10,329 bases of DNA from Candidatus Krumholzibacteriota bacterium (lineage in GTDB: Bacteria > Krumholzibacteriota > Krumholzibacteriia > LZORAL124-64-63), in contig JBDLKA010000118.1 in assembly GCA_039714075.1 (NCBI GenBank), positions 1 to 10,329 of the forward strand. Reading direction: 5' to 3'. This document shows, one piece after another, positions 7,377-10,329 of this stretch. The notes below the pieces were generated by a model. It had not been told where the DNA came from, made no database searches, and saw only the letters and a program-made list of their open reading frames with translations. Made by a program: the position numbers and the translations under genes. How positions within the stretch are numbered: the stretch's first letter is position 1; each line of letters opens with the position of its first letter.

Positions 7377-7539
7377 GTGGCGAAAGTTTTCCCCCAGTTA
7401 TCCACAGGTGTCCCCGGTGTGTCATCCGTCTTATGAAGGACATGAAACTTCCCGTAAAGTGTTGCCGCGTTTGCCGCTGGAAAAACATTACAAAAACTAA
7501 AAAAATATCACGGGAGGTGTTGATCCCCGGTTATCCACC
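7376..7539. promoter_or_regulatory. Cluster of DnaA-box-like motifs
   Basis: Perfect TTATCCACA (7398-7406) and TTATCCACC (7531-7539, 8/9). Degenerate copies: TTTCCCCCA (7388-7396), TGATCCCCG (7521-7529) and inverted TGTGGCGAA (7376-7384). Confidence 0.5.
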
Positions 7540-7725
7540 ACGATTCGCCGGTCCGGAAAAAAATTGAAAACCCATGATTTTTTTGCTGATACGGATCGAT
7601 CTGCGGTTGCCACCGGGCTTGATCTGCACCATCATTCCGGGATGGGGAATACTCCCAAACTCGGGTTATCGGGGAATAATTCGAGTCAATTCAACAGGAT
7701 CGGCGCGTAAAAAAGGTGGGAAGGC

Positions 7726-8949
7726 ATGTCGGGAACCGGTGAAGCCGGAAAAAAAGGACCGCGGGTCAGGTCCGATTGCTGGATCGGAATCCAATTGGCG
7801 GATTCCGGAGGCGTCTCGATTGACCTGAAAAGCAAGGTTGCCGGCATGTTCGGCGACCGGATCCAGGCTCTGGTCGAAGACGGGTGCCGGGCCCTGGGGG
7901 TTCAGAACGCCCGGGTCACCGTGGAAGATCAGGGGGCCCTGCCCTTTACCCTGGCCGCCCGCCTGGAAACCGCCGTCCGCCGGTCCGGGGCCGATTGTCC
8001 CGGGGAATTCCTGTTGCCCCTGAACGAAAAGTTCGCCACCGCCGGCACCCACGATCGTTTGCGCCGTAGCCGGCTGTACCTGCCCGGTAACGAACCCAAA
8101 TTTTATGTCAACGCCGGTTTGCATGAGCCCGACGGCGTGATCCTGGATCTCGAGGATTCCGTGGCGCCCGCCGAGAAGGACGCAGCCCGCGCCCTGGTGC
8201 GTAACGCCCTGCGCGCGGTGGATTTCCACGGGGCCGAGCGCATGGTGCGGATCAACCAGGGGGAGCAGGGCCTGGAGGATCTGGAGTGGGTGGTACCCCA
8301 CAACGTGAACCTGGTGCTTATTCCCAAGATCGAGGATCCCCAGCAGGTGGTTGAAGTCGACCGTCGCATTGCGGCCATCAAACAGAAACACGGGATGACC
8401 GAACCGGTGTTCCTGATGCCCATCATCGAATCGGCCCTGGGCGCCTGGCGCGCCTACGAGATCGCTGCGGCCTGCGCCGACGTGGTCGGTCTGGCCGTCG
8501 GTCTGGAGGATTACACCGCCGACATCGGCGCCCAGCGCACCCTTGCCGGGACGGAATCGTTCTGGGCCCGCGCCCAGGTTCTGAACGGCGCCCGGGCCGC
8601 CGGCGTGCAACCCATCGATACGGTGTTCAGCGACGTCACCGACATGGAGGGACTGGCCGAGTCGGTGCGCGAGGCCAAGGGCCTGGGCTTCGTGGGCAAG
8701 GGTTGCATCCATCCGCGGCAGATCGCCGTGGTGCACGATGCTTTCGCCCCGGACGAAGGGGAGATCGACCGCGCGAAGAAAATCGTCCTGGCCTTCGAGG
8801 ACGCCGAGGCCCGCGGGCTGGGCGTGGTCAGCCTGGGCAGCAAGATGATCGACGCTCCCGTGGTCAAACGCGCGGTGGCGACCGTGGACACCGCCATTCG
8901 GGTCGGCCGCCTGGATGCCGAATGGCGTGAGGAGAAGCCTCCGGTATGA
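7726..8949 (+). CDS. citE: Fusion of a CitD-like (citrate lyase acyl carrier, gamma) domain and a CitE-like citryl-CoA lyase (HpcH/HpaI aldolase/citrate lyase family) domain
   Basis: N-terminal ~87 aa follow the CitD pattern (AG....SD...IDLKSKV..MFGD.I....LGV.NA.V.V.DQGAL...ARLETAV.R). The C-terminal part has CitE motifs RRSRLYLPGN, DLEDSV, VRIN, IPK, IIESALG, GLEDYTAD, GFVGKGCIHPRQI and GSKMIDAPV. citF lies downstream. Confidence 0.88.
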   Translation: MSGTGEAGKKGPRVRSDCWIGIQLADSGGVSIDLKSKVAGMFGDRIQALVEDGCRALGVQNARVTVEDQGALPFTLAARLETAVRRSGADCPGEFLLPLNEKFATAGTHDRLRRSRLYLPGNEPKFYVNAGLHEPDGVILDLEDSVAPAEKDAARALVRNALRAVDFHGAERMVRINQGEQGLEDLEWVVPHNVNLVLIPKIEDPQQVVEVDRRIAAIKQKHGMTEPVFLMPIIESALGAWRAYEIAAACADVVGLAVGLEDYTADIGAQRTLAGTESFWARAQVLNGARAAGVQPIDTVFSDVTDMEGLAESVREAKGLGFVGKGCIHPRQIAVVHDAFAPDEGEIDRAKKIVLAFEDAEARGLGVVSLGSKMIDAPVVKRAVATVDTAIRVGRLDAEWREEKPPV

Positions 8950-9395
8950 GTGAAAGAGTTGAACAGGCGGTGACCATGTTCGTTGACGGTTACAGCTGCG
9001 CCCAGTCGTTGCTGGCCGTCTACGGCCCGGACCTGGGCGTCGAGCGCGAAGCCGCCCTGCGGCTGGCCGCCCCCCTGGGCGGAGGTCTGGCCCGCACCGA
9101 CGGGCCCTGCGGCGCCGCCACCGGCGCCCTGCTGGTGCTGGGACTGAAGCACGGTCACACCCTGCCCGACGACGAGGCGGGGTCCGAACGCATCCGCAAC
9201 CTGTCGCAGGAGTTCCTGCGTCGCTATGACGAGATCAAAGGCAGCACGATGTGCACCGATATCCTGGGCCACAACCTCTCGTTGCCCGGAATCGCGGAAA
9301 AGGTCAAAGAGGGGCAGCTGGCCCAGGATGTCTGCCCCGAAGCGGTCCGCACGGCCGCCCAACTGCTCGAGGAATTTCTCGACCTAGGACTCTGA
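8946..9395 (+). CDS. C-GCAxxG-C-C family putative redox-active protein
   Basis: Motifs F..GYSCAQS, LGGG, GPCGAATG, GSTMC.DILG and a C-terminal C...V..AA. ATGA 4-nt overlap with the upstream stop. All four Cys are TGC, with no in-frame TGA. Confidence 0.85.
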   Translation: MSERVEQAVTMFVDGYSCAQSLLAVYGPDLGVEREAALRLAAPLGGGLARTDGPCGAATGALLVLGLKHGHTLPDDEAGSERIRNLSQEFLRRYDEIKGSTMCTDILGHNLSLPGIAEKVKEGQLAQDVCPEAVRTAAQLLEEFLDLGL

Positions 9396-9412
9396 AAGAG
9401 GAGACCCCGGCA

Positions 9413-10329
9413 ATGACGAAGCTGGTTGAAAACGCGGCGGGACGCCTGGTCCCGGTGGAGATCAACGGTCAGGCGGCCACCCCGTACATGGGCGTGGGCA
9501 AGTACGTACCCACGGGGCGCAAGGCCGCGCCGCCGATTCGCTCGTGCACGGACTATCCGCCCGACGGGGACAAGACGGTCCAGGACATCAGGACCGCCCT
9601 GGAGAACGCGGGCCTGAAAGACGGCATGACCATCTCCACGCACCACCACCTGCGCAACGGCGACCGCGTGGCCAACGCCGTGTTCGCCGCGGCGGCCGAG
9701 ATGGGCGTCAAGGATCTGCGCTGGTTCCCCTCGGCCAGTTTTCCGGTGCACGAGCCCCAGGTTCAGCACATGGAAAGCGGCCTCATCCACCATATCGAAG
9801 GGTCGATGAACGGCCCGCTGGGCGACTATTGCACCCGCGGAAAAATGAAGGGCATGGCCGTGCTGCGCAGCCACGGCGGCCGCTATCAGGCGGTGCAGGA
9901 CGGCGATGTGCATATCGATATCGCCGTGATCGCGGCGCCGACGGCCGATCCCTTCGGCAACGCGACGGGCGACCGCGGGCCCACCGCCTGCGGCCTGCTG
10001 GGGTTCGCCCTGGCGGACAGCGAATACGCCGACCACGTGATCGCCGTCACCGACAACCTGGTGCCGTTTCCCTGCATCCCCTGGCAGATCCAGGGCAACA
10101 ACGTGGACCAGGTCGTGGTCATGGATTCCATCGGCGACGCCAGCAAAATCGTCTCCGGCACCACGCAGATCACCAAGTCGCCCGACCGCCTGCTGATCGC
10201 CGAACTGACGGCCCGTTTCTGCGACGAGGCCGGCATCGTGCAGGACGGTTTCAGCTTCCAGGCCGGCGCGGGGGGGACGGCCCTGTCGTTCGCCCTGTTC
10301 CTGCGCGACATGATGCGTGAACGCAACAT
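9413..10329 (+). CDS. citF: Citrate lyase alpha subunit (citrate CoA/ACP-transferase), 3'-truncated by the window edge
   Basis: Not in the ORF track because there is no stop in the window. SD GAGGAG (9398-9403) precedes ATG 9413. Manual translation gives MTKLVENAAGRLVP...GLKDGMTISTHHHLRNGD...LRSHGGR...HIDIA...D.FGNA.G..G..ACG.LG.A..D..YAD...VD.VV....IGD..KI.SG...DGFSFQAGAGG, matching CitF hallmarks. Confidence 0.92.
   Translation, partial: MTKLVENAAGRLVPVEINGQAATPYMGVGKYVPTGRKAAPPIRSCTDYPPDGDKTVQDIRTALENAGLKDGMTISTHHHLRNGDRVANAVFAAAAEMGVKDLRWFPSASFPVHEPQVQHMESGLIHHIEGSMNGPLGDYCTRGKMKGMAVLRSHGGRYQAVQDGDVHIDIAVIAAPTADPFGNATGDRGPTACGLLGFALADSEYADHVIAVTDNLVPFPCIPWQIQGNNVDQVVVMDSIGDASKIVSGTTQITKSPDRLLIAELTARFCDEAGIVQDGFSFQAGAGGTALSFALFLRDMMRERN

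Noticed and set aside
7308..7725. tRNA, riboswitch or other ncRNA in the intergenic gap
   Set aside because: No cloverleaf or recognisable aptamer is visible, only short weak hairpins (e.g. GGGA-ATAC-TCCC). An Rfam/Infernal scan would be needed to exclude one.
7148..7828. ORFs 7148-7567 and 7574-7828 spanning the intergenic region
   Set aside because: They cross a terminator or overlap real genes, and have atypical composition and no convincing SD.
8946..9395. Selenoprotein form of the C-GCAxxG-C-C protein
   Set aside because: All four motif positions are TGC cysteines, and the only in-frame TGA is the terminal stop just before the citF SD.
7666..10329. Minus-strand ORFs (7666-8736, 8511-9362, 9224-10036, 9886-10329) and the + strand Arg-rich ORF 9544-10320
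   Set aside because: Shadows or alternative frames of citD-E, the C-GCAxxG-C-C gene and citF.

Overview
GC-rich bacterial DNA with all credible genes on the + strand. In order: (1) a small membrane protein, probably 5'-truncated, ending in a terminator; (2) a DUF222/REP13E12-like HNH endonuclease gene with its own sigma70-like promoter; (3) a secreted M1-family zinc aminopeptidase; (4) a lipoprotein of 14 ~39-aa beta-propeller-type repeats; (5) PepD dipeptidase plus terminator; (6) a ~420-bp intergenic region with DnaA-box-like motifs and A-tracts; (7) the start of an atypical citrate-lyase-like operon: a CitD-CitE fusion, a C-GCAxxG-C-C protein and CitF, which runs off the window and is absent from the ORF track. 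Three things deserve most attention. The HNH gene looks like a self-contained cassette, with 13/15-bp flanking inverted repeats, a hairpin over its SD and a perfect 16-bp internal palindrome. The fused CitD domain appears to lack the canonical prosthetic-group serine. The DnaA-box cluster has no dnaA gene in view. All family calls come from recognising motifs by eye; no searches were run.
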